A stretch of 64,000 bases of DNA, taken from a phage. The notes under the pieces were generated by a model. It was not told the DNA's origin. It worked only from the letters and a program-made list of their open reading frames with translations, and did no database searches. Where the stretch lies: the sequence record PV730300.1; one strand, 5' to 3'. This document shows, piece after piece, positions 29,501 to 36,584 of the stretch (positions within the stretch are counted from its first letter, which is position 1; each line of letters begins with the position of its first letter). A program made the translations under genes and the position numbers.

Positions 29501-29597
29501 TAGAATTAAAACCATACCTAATGATTCCAGCAATGTTTCTGTAGGTAATACTGCGGTTATTCGCCCAACGCCAGTAGTAGATGTGCCAACAACCTAA
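26544..29597 (+). CDS. Tailspike protein with right-handed beta-helix (pectate-lyase-like) repeats
   Basis: 1017 aa; repeated N-x-T-I-x-N-h segments (NITIRNVFAKRC, NISIENIHGDP, VRNIHTKTGRVFAGVSAG) suggestive of a parallel beta-helix. Confidence 0.5.
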   Translation: MATFPTYPATSLEQGVDLVIFSSNQLHDVINGSATESIETESGLIPTLRKALVDNFFFKSPLDWAQGTNETVFNQLRYFQNGVLSGYYYAPNATLVNPIPMQGTPVGDNNWVLWGLKTEQLATEVTPWVYSGATGYETVISPPYIFDSAIVTINGVIQVLGEAFRIEDSKIILSEPLGHDPATGLPNKLFAYIGKIVASADTDPNLENRLVSLETKTEELTESMDKVPLQTIARKYGLLDDEVAYATAGQSLTGIKALYDPVAQSSYTLPPNITGTLTSLSVSGVMTYSGGSVDLSALAVERGQFVHLPTSFGNNVTLTAKNQTIGRGAGRYRWAGSLPKSILASDTLETSGGLGPNAWVLTNTEGLLTPRGGTYNDLFDVVYLSEFANNTTAYTTPEAAFQAALLAAKASKSKILDAYGCDMTFTTSSFDIQGITLRGGVFRGQRDYRVQNATVEGTTFRNSRVMYWGGAVRMFDCLWDGAPRAGQVGSLVFQGNPISGTFEIDNCTFKNGLYGILQQGTGEPVTRGVFRNLTFMDMQGDAIELNVINKHYDDGCVIENIYLSNIDGTNAPIPLSNWGIGIGVAGKGPYGYGIPDDQYCKNITIRNVFAKRCRQIVHVEVGRNISIENIHGDPDQTVSVGTGLATGAVVMYGSKDFTIDGVYGEPKTDGSTLASNIRMIYLEWGTNAVLDEEGNPVVPAQGRPSNPCFNYSVRNIHTKTGRVFAGVSAGPGYENRVSFENIRCAALQLFGIASWLSMSNITCNIFDCVGQPESGPGTFYDGFFRREKSVLEMVNVNCYPDGKTMVTGRPQWSRCRYSDIHRVNCNVEANMYTNIAGGIGAIVGTTGKVYYLEPNPSRNIDGMHFPTGKEFDKGDMIVKADNTFFLVTTSGAYIPDIPAFGIRATQAGDTFLTQNLTPNGTATNASWLYHYPLSAGTRIRIPGAGVGGADLDTVITRAPYQDNDTWTNPVKIDIADPIVTPTSAGVRIKTIPNDSSNVSVGNTAVIRPTPVVDVPTT

Positions 29598-29603
29598 TGG
29601 AAC

Positions 29604-29630
29604 AGAGGGGGATTCCCCCTCTTCTTCCAA
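29604..29630 (+). terminator. Terminator-like hairpin after tailspike gene
   Basis: 8-bp stem agaggggg/ccccctct with 3-nt loop, followed by tcttcc. Confidence 0.45.
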
Positions 29631-29658
29631 TAGAATGGTCTAATGATAGGAGAGATAA

Positions 29659-31683
29659 ATGAATTTAACAAGACCTAATAGTGCGATAGCCGATCTGGTA
29701 GAAGCTACTTATCGAAAACGTCGCAGCTTTGAGGCAGGTTTTACATTACGTAATTCCCGTGAAGTTTTGCTGTTAGCAGCAGAAGGGAATTATTACCAAT
29801 GGAAAGGAACTTTTCCTAAAGTAGTTCCAGCAAACTCTACGCCAGCCACCACAGGTGGTATTTCTTCCCTTGCATGGCAAAGTGTTGGGACCGCTGATGA
29901 TATAGCAATTATCAATGCCAAGTTTACGGCAATGCAGCAACAGATTGATGATCTGTCGGAAACAATACCTGAAGCTGGTAAATCGGCTTATCAGATCGCA
30001 CTTGATAATGGTTTTGTTGGAACAGAAGCACAATGGCTTGCTTCTTTGAAAGGGGATACTGGTGCTCAACTTAATATTAAAGGATCATTAGCAAGCACTA
30101 GTGAGCTACCATCTACAGGTAACGTTGCAGGGGACGGTTATATCGTAGGCGATGTAATCTATGCTTGGGATGGTTCTGTTTGGAAGCTTATTTCTTCTCT
30201 TGGACCAGAAGGGAAATCAGCTTATGAGGTATGGTTGGCAGATGGTAATACAGGATCTGTTTATGATTTTCTTACCTCTATAAAAGGTGATAAAGGTGAT
30301 GTTGGTCCTACAGGGCCACAGGGAGCACCTGGTGTTAACGCCAACGGTTTTGATTATCGTGGAGATTTGCCTTCTACAAGTAACTTACCACAACCTAACT
30401 CTGAAAACGTAAGCCAAGCTTATTCTATCAATGGTAATCTTTATGTCTCTAATGGGACAGCTTGGGTCAACATGGGTAATATTGTTGGTCCTCAAGGTCC
30501 ACAAGGTGAGGCAGGTAAAGACGGTCTTGATGGAACAGATGGAGATGAAGGGAAATCTGCATATCAAAGTTGGCTGGATGCTGGTAATGAAGGGACAGAA
30601 GTAGATTTTATTGCCTCACTTAAAGGTCCAAAAGGAGACAAGGGTGATCAAGGAGAGCGAGGTCCACAAGGTGAACTAGGTCCACAAGGACCAGTGGGTG
30701 CAACAGGATCAGGCTTAGAGATTATCGGGGTTCTGAACAGTGAAGCTGAACTTCCTCCTACTGGAGAAGTAGGTGATGCATATAAAATTAATAATGATTT
30801 GTATGTTTGGATTCAAGATGCTACGGAATGGATGAATGTTGGCAGTCTTGGAGGAACATCAATTACAGCTAAAGGTCATGTTCCGAACAGTGAAGCTCTC
30901 CCTGTTTATAATAACTATGGTGATGCCTATTTAACTGAAGACACTAGTAATCTTTACATCTATACCTACGATCAAGACACCAATTCCGCATCTTTTGTTG
31001 ACATGGGAAGTATTAAAGGCGACAAAGGTGAAAAAGGGGATAAAGGAGATAAGGGTGATCCTGGAACAAACGGAACCAACGGTACTAATGGGACCAACGG
31101 TAAAGACGGCGCACAGTGGTTTGTAGCAACAACTAATCCAGTCGCAGGTGATGGTGTTATCAATGATTACGCTTTCAACACTACCACTGGAGCAGTGTTT
31201 AAGAAAACAGATTCTTCTACGTGGACACTTATAGGAACTCTTCCTAGTATACCAGAAGCACCTCAAGACGGCTTGACGTATGGTCGTTCTGATGGGAACT
31301 GGATCGAAATATCAGGATCAGATCCTACAGAAGCTATAACACCAACTAAAGTTACAGCAGGTTTCATGGAACTTGAAACAACTACTGCCAACTCTGGAGC
31401 ATCTTGGACTCCTTCTGGAACTTCCAATATGTATGTTGTTACAGTAACTGACGCTCTGACAGTTGGAGCATGGCCTGGTGTCACTGGCTCTACAAAGCCT
31501 AAAGCGTTTTCAGCAATGATTTATTTGATTCAAGATACAACGGGACACACGGTTACACTAGATGCGTCTTATGGAGCACTGAATGATACAGAAATAGCAA
31601 CTACTGCTAACGCAGTAACAATTTTGCAATTAACGTATCCTGGTGTGGGTAATGTCGTGGACATGGTTGTTGTAACACGATAA
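29659..31683 (+). CDS. Tail fibre protein with collagen-like Gly-X-Y repeats
   Basis: 674 aa; GDKGDVGPTGPQGAPG, GPQGPQGEAGKDGLDGTDGDEG, GPKGDKGDQGERGPQGELGPQGPVGATG, GDKGEKGDKGDKGDPGTNGTNGTNGTNGKDG; three copies of KSAYQxxLxxGxxGTxxxFxxSLKG module. Confidence 0.55.
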   Translation: MNLTRPNSAIADLVEATYRKRRSFEAGFTLRNSREVLLLAAEGNYYQWKGTFPKVVPANSTPATTGGISSLAWQSVGTADDIAIINAKFTAMQQQIDDLSETIPEAGKSAYQIALDNGFVGTEAQWLASLKGDTGAQLNIKGSLASTSELPSTGNVAGDGYIVGDVIYAWDGSVWKLISSLGPEGKSAYEVWLADGNTGSVYDFLTSIKGDKGDVGPTGPQGAPGVNANGFDYRGDLPSTSNLPQPNSENVSQAYSINGNLYVSNGTAWVNMGNIVGPQGPQGEAGKDGLDGTDGDEGKSAYQSWLDAGNEGTEVDFIASLKGPKGDKGDQGERGPQGELGPQGPVGATGSGLEIIGVLNSEAELPPTGEVGDAYKINNDLYVWIQDATEWMNVGSLGGTSITAKGHVPNSEALPVYNNYGDAYLTEDTSNLYIYTYDQDTNSASFVDMGSIKGDKGEKGDKGDKGDPGTNGTNGTNGTNGKDGAQWFVATTNPVAGDGVINDYAFNTTTGAVFKKTDSSTWTLIGTLPSIPEAPQDGLTYGRSDGNWIEISGSDPTEAITPTKVTAGFMELETTTANSGASWTPSGTSNMYVVTVTDALTVGAWPGVTGSTKPKAFSAMIYLIQDTTGHTVTLDASYGALNDTEIATTANAVTILQLTYPGVGNVVDMVVVTR

Positions 31684-31687
31684 CAGA

Positions 31688-31713
31688 AGCCCCGAAAGGG
31701 GCTTTCTTTTTAT
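31688..31713 (+). terminator. Rho-independent terminator
   Basis: agcccc-gaaa-ggggct hairpin followed by ttctttttat. Confidence 0.7.
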
Positions 31714-31724
31714 GGAGGGTTTAA

Positions 31725-33485
31725 ATGTTTCCAATTCCAATATTTACTATTATGACTAGCACTGGTGTCGTTCCTCTGCCAGCAGGTATTGTTAAAAAAG
31801 TGATTACTTTAGATTACCCAGATAACGCTGGTAATTCTAACAACAGTTTAGCAATTTTGCTTAATGATGGTAGATTGTTTACTCAAGGCGCAAACCTCTT
31901 TGGTGAGATTGCAGATGGAACTCGTAGTGCACGATTCAATAATTTCCACTTAGCTTCTACTGTAGTAGCGGACGTGTTTACCGCAGATCGTTGTTTTGTT
32001 ATTAAAACTAACAGTGGTGGATGGCAATATTCAGGATTGACAGCAGGGTTGGTAGGATCTATAGCAGCAGGTGGTACGGATGCATGTGTAACTACTTGGA
32101 CCAGCTTTCCATCTGTAATAACAGGGACTATTTCTTTAGCCAATCTTAAAGAGGTTAAAGGAGGGTATAACAATACTCTCTGGTTAATGAATAGTGGTGT
32201 TCTTTATGGATCGGGTCAAAACACAGTAGGTAGTTTAGGTGCAAGCACTACTAACGAAGTTTCTACTCCTCGTCAGATAACAAGCGCAGCAGTTGCTTTT
32301 GATGCAGGTTACAACCAATGCTCTTATGTCAACAATGTGGGAACCTTGCGTGTTTGTGGAGCTAGTAAAGGTTTAGCAGGTAATAATAACACAACAACAG
32401 CTTTTGTCAATGCCAAGATATCCACTACTGAAACAGTGTATGTCAAAGATTACATCAATACAGTTTCCCAGACAATAGTTGTAGGAGATACCTCCGGTGG
32501 CACGGGTACAGTAAACTACTTATATGTTAGATCTAATACAGAAACAACCTACACTAAACTGGACACCTTTGCAGCAGGTTTTTCAACATGGAAATTTCCA
32601 CCAAGCCGCCACTCTTTTTTCGTTGGGATCAATAATTCCTTGTGGGCTATTGGTAAGAACTATACGGCAAACTTAGGTTTGGGATATGATTCTGCGAGCG
32701 GAGATCCACTCCAAGTGGGAAAACCAGTTAAACCTGAAGGAGTGGGTTCCTGGGATATAAACAAGCTCACAAGCGTTCATACGCTGAATATGGATATTAC
32801 TAACCAATTAGGTTATCAAGGAACCTTTTTCGTTTATAACGGGAATATGTATTATTCCGGTATTTGGAAAGATGGGAAAGCCTCGTATCTGTTCAATAGT
32901 GGTCTAAACTATAATAAATTCACACCAATAGCAAGCTCTGTGATTACAGGGGATGTGCTGGCGACTAGCTTAACTACAGATTCTTTAGGAATTTGTATTG
33001 TAGGTGGAACTAAACAGTTGACACATTCTGTTAGCCCAGAAGGAGGTAAACTTTTCAATATTAAATACACTTCTTCTGCCCCTGCAAACATGACAATATC
33101 ATCTACTGGTTTAATGACTTTCCATGCAGAAGGTGGTTTTGATGCAGGTATGACAGCCTTAAACGCTGAAGGAACAATTTTATCAGATACCTCTGGAGGA
33201 TATGCTTCAACATTGAGTGTTTACACCCCTAGCTTATCTGCGATGGATGTAGGAACAACACAAACAATGGTAGCAGAAATAACGCCAACAGGGGCAGCAA
33301 GCTTACCTGGTATGGTTGTTGAGTATACCACTACAGATCCTAGTGTTGCTACAGTAGATCCTACAACTGGTGTAATAACTGGTGTTGGTGACGGTGGTTG
33401 TAGGATTGGTTGCACAGCTACGTATCAAGGTGTTGTTACCGCTTCTGATAGTTCTTATTTAACGGTGAATGCTGTTGCGGGATAA
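31725..33485 (+). CDS. Tail fibre / adhesin-like protein with C-terminal Ig-like (Big_2-type) domain
   Basis: 586 aa, Gly/Thr/Ser/Asn-rich; C-terminal TQTMVAEITPTGAASLPGMVVEYTTTDPSVATVDPTTGVITGVGDGG suggestive of a bacterial Ig-like domain. Confidence 0.45.
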   Translation: MFPIPIFTIMTSTGVVPLPAGIVKKVITLDYPDNAGNSNNSLAILLNDGRLFTQGANLFGEIADGTRSARFNNFHLASTVVADVFTADRCFVIKTNSGGWQYSGLTAGLVGSIAAGGTDACVTTWTSFPSVITGTISLANLKEVKGGYNNTLWLMNSGVLYGSGQNTVGSLGASTTNEVSTPRQITSAAVAFDAGYNQCSYVNNVGTLRVCGASKGLAGNNNTTTAFVNAKISTTETVYVKDYINTVSQTIVVGDTSGGTGTVNYLYVRSNTETTYTKLDTFAAGFSTWKFPPSRHSFFVGINNSLWAIGKNYTANLGLGYDSASGDPLQVGKPVKPEGVGSWDINKLTSVHTLNMDITNQLGYQGTFFVYNGNMYYSGIWKDGKASYLFNSGLNYNKFTPIASSVITGDVLATSLTTDSLGICIVGGTKQLTHSVSPEGGKLFNIKYTSSAPANMTISSTGLMTFHAEGGFDAGMTALNAEGTILSDTSGGYASTLSVYTPSLSAMDVGTTQTMVAEITPTGAASLPGMVVEYTTTDPSVATVDPTTGVITGVGDGGCRIGCTATYQGVVTASDSSYLTVNAVAG

Positions 33486-33490
33486 GAAAA

Positions 33491-33518
33491 GGAGCCAAAT
33501 GGCTCCTTTCTTTTATTC
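33491..33518. terminator. Bidirectional intrinsic terminator between convergent plus and minus transcription units
   Basis: 7-bp stem aggagcc/ggctcct with aaat loop flanked by A-rich upstream and T-rich downstream tracts. Confidence 0.65.
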
Positions 33519-34007
33519 AGCGTTCAACCCTTCCCCATGTTCTTGATGCCAAGCTTCATGGTGCAGAGGACACAGCCATAGAACATCTAACGGTTTATCA
33601 TAATCACAATGATGAGCATGAACATCAACAGACCCACACACTTGGCAAGGTTGTTTTATTAACTTTCCATCTCGGAGTGCGTTACCTACAGCTATATGAG
33701 CAGAACGTTTTTTCGGATTCTTTTCGATGTAACGTTTCTTAGCTTCATTAGCCTTATCTTTACCTTTCCCTTTTGCGTAAGCCTCTTTTAAAGCTTTGCG
33801 CTCTGGGGTCTGATCTCTGTTTTTATCATACTCTTTGTAATATTCAGATTTATCTTTACGATTCTGTTTAACATCTTTCTTATTACATTCTTTGCATTTA
33901 TTGACGTGACCGTCAGCCATAGCTTTATGTTTGTAAAATTCAGTGAGGGGCTTTAACACCCCACACTTGAAACAAACCTTAGAAGCAATGCAGGAAGTTT
34001 CGACCAT
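33513..34007 (-). CDS. HNH homing endonuclease
   Basis: C-terminal CQVCGSVDVHAHHCDYDKPLDVLWLCPLHHEAWH (HNH with Cys pairs); likely ATG at 34007 (listed ORF start 34205 overlaps the upstream gene). Confidence 0.7.
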   Translation of the reverse strand: MVETSCIASKVCFKCGVLKPLTEFYKHKAMADGHVNKCKECNKKDVKQNRKDKSEYYKEYDKNRDQTPERKALKEAYAKGKGKDKANEAKKRYIEKNPKKRSAHIAVGNALRDGKLIKQPCQVCGSVDVHAHHCDYDKPLDVLWLCPLHHEAWHQEHGEGLNAE

Positions 34008-34908
34008 ATTGCAGTCCAATAGGGGCAAAAGGAATATCTTCATCGAAGTCCATTGGAGGTTCTTCTTGATTACTTGGAGTTGGTTCTGGTTGTGGTTCAG
34101 GTTTCTTAACTTCTTTCTTCTCTTCTTTCTTAGGTTGTTCTGCGGAACCACGGATGGCAGCAGCAACTTTATCAGACAGAGCCAGAACTTTACGAGCAGA
34201 GTCAATCAGATCTTCTACAGATACAGTCTTAATGGTATGGTCTTTACAAGCATTGAGGATAGCGTGACCAACAGATGCCCCAAGATCATAATCATTAATA
34301 TCAACGCCACGAGATTCAGCAATTTCCGATTTCAGTGTGACAGTTGCAGATTGAACAACCCCAGCGATATCGAAAGCATCGCCTTTAACACCATTACGAA
34401 TCAGTTCCAGTGCACCATTTACTGCGTGACCAGTTTCCAGACCTACAGTATCACGTTTTTTATAGGATTGCTTAGGAGCATCGTTGGAACCTTTATTGCC
34501 AGAAGATTTGTTAGACTTCTGAACACCATCGGTAGACAATACTGTAATACGAGATTTTTTAGTATTGTAGTAAGTCTTACCGCCTTTATTATCAACGCGA
34601 TCAATATCAATACTTACTTCTACACCTTTTTCAATAGTGATCCAATTATCACCTTCTTTGACTTGCAGGTTTTCATAACCTTCTTTCAGTTCAATGTCAC
34701 CAAGAGAAATCCAAACACCTTTCTCATCTGGTTTAGCACCTTTCTCTTTCAGAACAAGAGAAGCTCGGTGAGTTGAAACAATCGTTTTTCCTTCCCAATG
34801 AAAAGTTTTAGGTTCAGCGAATTTATCCAGTTTAACGTAGTCTACGATACCAGTTGCATAAGTTACGGTTTTGCCTTTACGATCAGTTTCAGTATTAATT
34901 ACGGACAT
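33979..34908 (-). CDS. Single-stranded DNA-binding protein-like, with E. coli SSB-type acidic tail motif
   Basis: 309 aa; C-terminal PSNQEEPPMDFDEDIPF closely resembles E. coli SSB tail (PSNEPPMDFDDDIPF) but is followed by 15 further residues that overlap the HNH gene start. Confidence 0.5.
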   Translation of the reverse strand: MSVINTETDRKGKTVTYATGIVDYVKLDKFAEPKTFHWEGKTIVSTHRASLVLKEKGAKPDEKGVWISLGDIELKEGYENLQVKEGDNWITIEKGVEVSIDIDRVDNKGGKTYYNTKKSRITVLSTDGVQKSNKSSGNKGSNDAPKQSYKKRDTVGLETGHAVNGALELIRNGVKGDAFDIAGVVQSATVTLKSEIAESRGVDINDYDLGASVGHAILNACKDHTIKTVSVEDLIDSARKVLALSDKVAAAIRGSAEQPKKEEKKEVKKPEPQPEPTPSNQEEPPMDFDEDIPFAPIGLQYGRNFLHCF

Positions 34909-34924
34909 TATTATCTCCTCTATA

Positions 34925-35317
34925 TTACATTAATTTTGCACAGAAAGAGCGGAGTCTTTCCATATCATCTTGCTCTAACAGGTATTTACCTTTACCTATT
35001 CCAACTCCAATTTCACCATTAGGAAAATGAACTATTTGCACTGGGAAACCTCCGAGTTTAATTGTGGCAGCTTTGCCTTCTTCGTCTATAACGTTTCGGA
35101 TTGTATCTTGCAGTGAAATGAATTCTTTGTTTGTAACAGTGGTTTCAATTATTTCAGATGTTTCAACACGAGCAGTTAGCTTCTTGTTTCCACCTTGAAT
35201 AACCAAAATTTGAAAATAAAAAGAGTTGTCAAGACCTACAACATTTTTCTCAACTAGTGTCAAACTGGTATAGTTTCCATAAACAGTTTCAACAGCTATC
35301 TTAGAACGTTCAGTCAT
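34925..35317 (-). CDS. Hypothetical protein
   Basis: 130 aa ORF in replication module. Confidence 0.4.
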   Translation of the reverse strand: MTERSKIAVETVYGNYTSLTLVEKNVVGLDNSFYFQILVIQGGNKKLTARVETSEIIETTVTNKEFISLQDTIRNVIDEEGKAATIKLGGFPVQIVHFPNGEIGVGIGKGKYLLEQDDMERLRSFCAKLM

Positions 35318-35362
35318 TGAATGCTATCCTATCATAAAATGTTTAATATTGTCAAGCTTTAA

Positions 35363-35956
35363 TTACCAAGGAATATCATCTTCTTCCAATCTGGCATCTA
35401 CTTGAGGTGGACGTGGAACCTTAACCTCTTTCACAAAACGAAGATATGGGAAACGTGTAGCAATTTTAATAACATGTTTGGCATCTTCTCTAACATCTTT
35501 GTGCAAGAAGCAGATCCCTGTTTCCAAGGTTGTTTCAAAATCTTTAGAATAATAACAGTCCTTCCCATCAAATGCAGCCTGGCAGATGGACAGATCGAAC
35601 TCATTTAGAAAGGTTGTCATTACGCTTGGTTCCATAATCATAAGGTTGCAAAGCTGACCATCACGTTCAAACTCAAAAACGTGTTTAAGACCAGTAACAC
35701 CTTCATAATTGTCAGAAGCCTCTTTGTTTCCTAGTTTACGAATATTGGTTCCCATTAAAGCAGATGCAATTAATCCTTGTATTTGTTCTTCAGTCTGATG
35801 TGCAGGAAGGGATGTATAGAAATCCAGATCACGTCCAGCAATATCAAGAATACGCCAATCACGAACAGCACCGCCAGCCAAGACAGAATTAGGATCAGCG
35901 ATCTTTAATACGGTAAGAATCTCTTTGGCAATATTGATTTGTTTTGATTTAGTCAT
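35363..35956 (-). CDS. Pol-beta-superfamily nucleotidyltransferase-like protein (tRNA nucleotidyltransferase head-like) with SSB-tail-like C-terminus
   Basis: LAGGAVRDWRILDIAGRDLDF fits the GG-x-VRD...DxD head motif; C-terminus ends EEDDIPW. Confidence 0.45.
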   Translation of the reverse strand: MTKSKQINIAKEILTVLKIADPNSVLAGGAVRDWRILDIAGRDLDFYTSLPAHQTEEQIQGLIASALMGTNIRKLGNKEASDNYEGVTGLKHVFEFERDGQLCNLMIMEPSVMTTFLNEFDLSICQAAFDGKDCYYSKDFETTLETGICFLHKDVREDAKHVIKIATRFPYLRFVKEVKVPRPPQVDARLEEDDIPW

Positions 35957-36167
35957 TGATACGCTCCACAGTTACTTTTACAACATCGTCCATATTAATC
36001 TCATCCCCCAAGACCTCAATAACACCTTCCTCATAAAGTCGAGCACATTCTTCCCACACTTCAGCTTCCGTCATTCCACCTGCAATCTTATTTGCAAGAC
36101 CTTTAATAACATCTTCATTTTGTTCATCAACAAGAATTGAAACATTAAAGCTCACTAATTTACGCAT
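35949..36167 (-). CDS. Hypothetical small acidic protein
   Basis: 72 aa ORF with AAGGAG SD. Confidence 0.35.
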   Translation of the reverse strand: MRKLVSFNVSILVDEQNEDVIKGLANKIAGGMTEAEVWEECARLYEEGVIEVLGDEINMDDVVKVTVERIND

Positions 36168-36178
36168 TGTTTTCTCCT

Positions 36179-36345
36179 TATACTTCTAAACGGAAAGTTT
36201 CTTTAGATACAAAATCGTATCCACCTTTTTCAAGCCAGTTATTGTAAACCTCATCGGCTTGAGACTCTATCATAAAATACCGAGTGGTAACTTCGTCTCC
36301 GACAATACGCACAATTTTATAGCAAATCATGATACCATTTCCCAT
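36179..36345 (-). CDS. Hypothetical small protein (55 aa)
   Basis: ATG overlaps stop of upstream gene (TAATG); below ORF-track size cutoff. Confidence 0.25.
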
Positions 36346-36536
36346 TAATCTTCCTCCAGATCAATTTCATTGTAACAATGTATGCAGAAACCATCATTGT
36401 GCATATGTTGTTCATAAGACATATCTTTACCACAAGACCAACAACGGATATCCCCATCGTCCCATTCACGTTCTTCTTCACCTTCAAATTCATCTGGTAG
36501 GTAAGGCATACCAAGACAATCTAAATCGTAATGCAT
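36345..36536 (-). CDS. Small zinc-ribbon protein
   Basis: 63 aa with CWSCG...CIHCY Cys pairs and acidic tails. Confidence 0.4.
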   Translation of the reverse strand: MHYDLDCLGMPYLPDEFEGEEEREWDDGDIRCWSCGKDMSYEQHMHNDGFCIHCYNEIDLEED

Positions 36537-36584
36537 ATCTCCTCCTATAAAGGGGCAGAAGCCCCTTATAAAACAATGAGTTAA

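Noticed and set aside
31021-31100. Short tandem nucleotide repeats (ggtgataaag / ggaaccaacggtactaatggg) that superficially resemble a repeat array
   Set aside because: In-frame codon repeats encoding GDKGEKGDKG and GTNGTNGTNG within a protein; no spacer/repeat CRISPR architecture anywhere in the window.
30972-31163. Pro-rich minus-strand ORF (PLVPLVPLVPFVPGSPLSPLSPF)
   Set aside because: It is the reverse-complement reading of the collagen-like Gly-X-Y repeats of the 29659..31683 fibre gene.
33943-34776. 277-aa plus-strand ORF overlapping the SSB-like and HNH genes
   Set aside because: Opposite-strand overlap with two genes that have recognisable motifs; composition (Phe/Ile/Asn-rich) typical of antisense artefacts.
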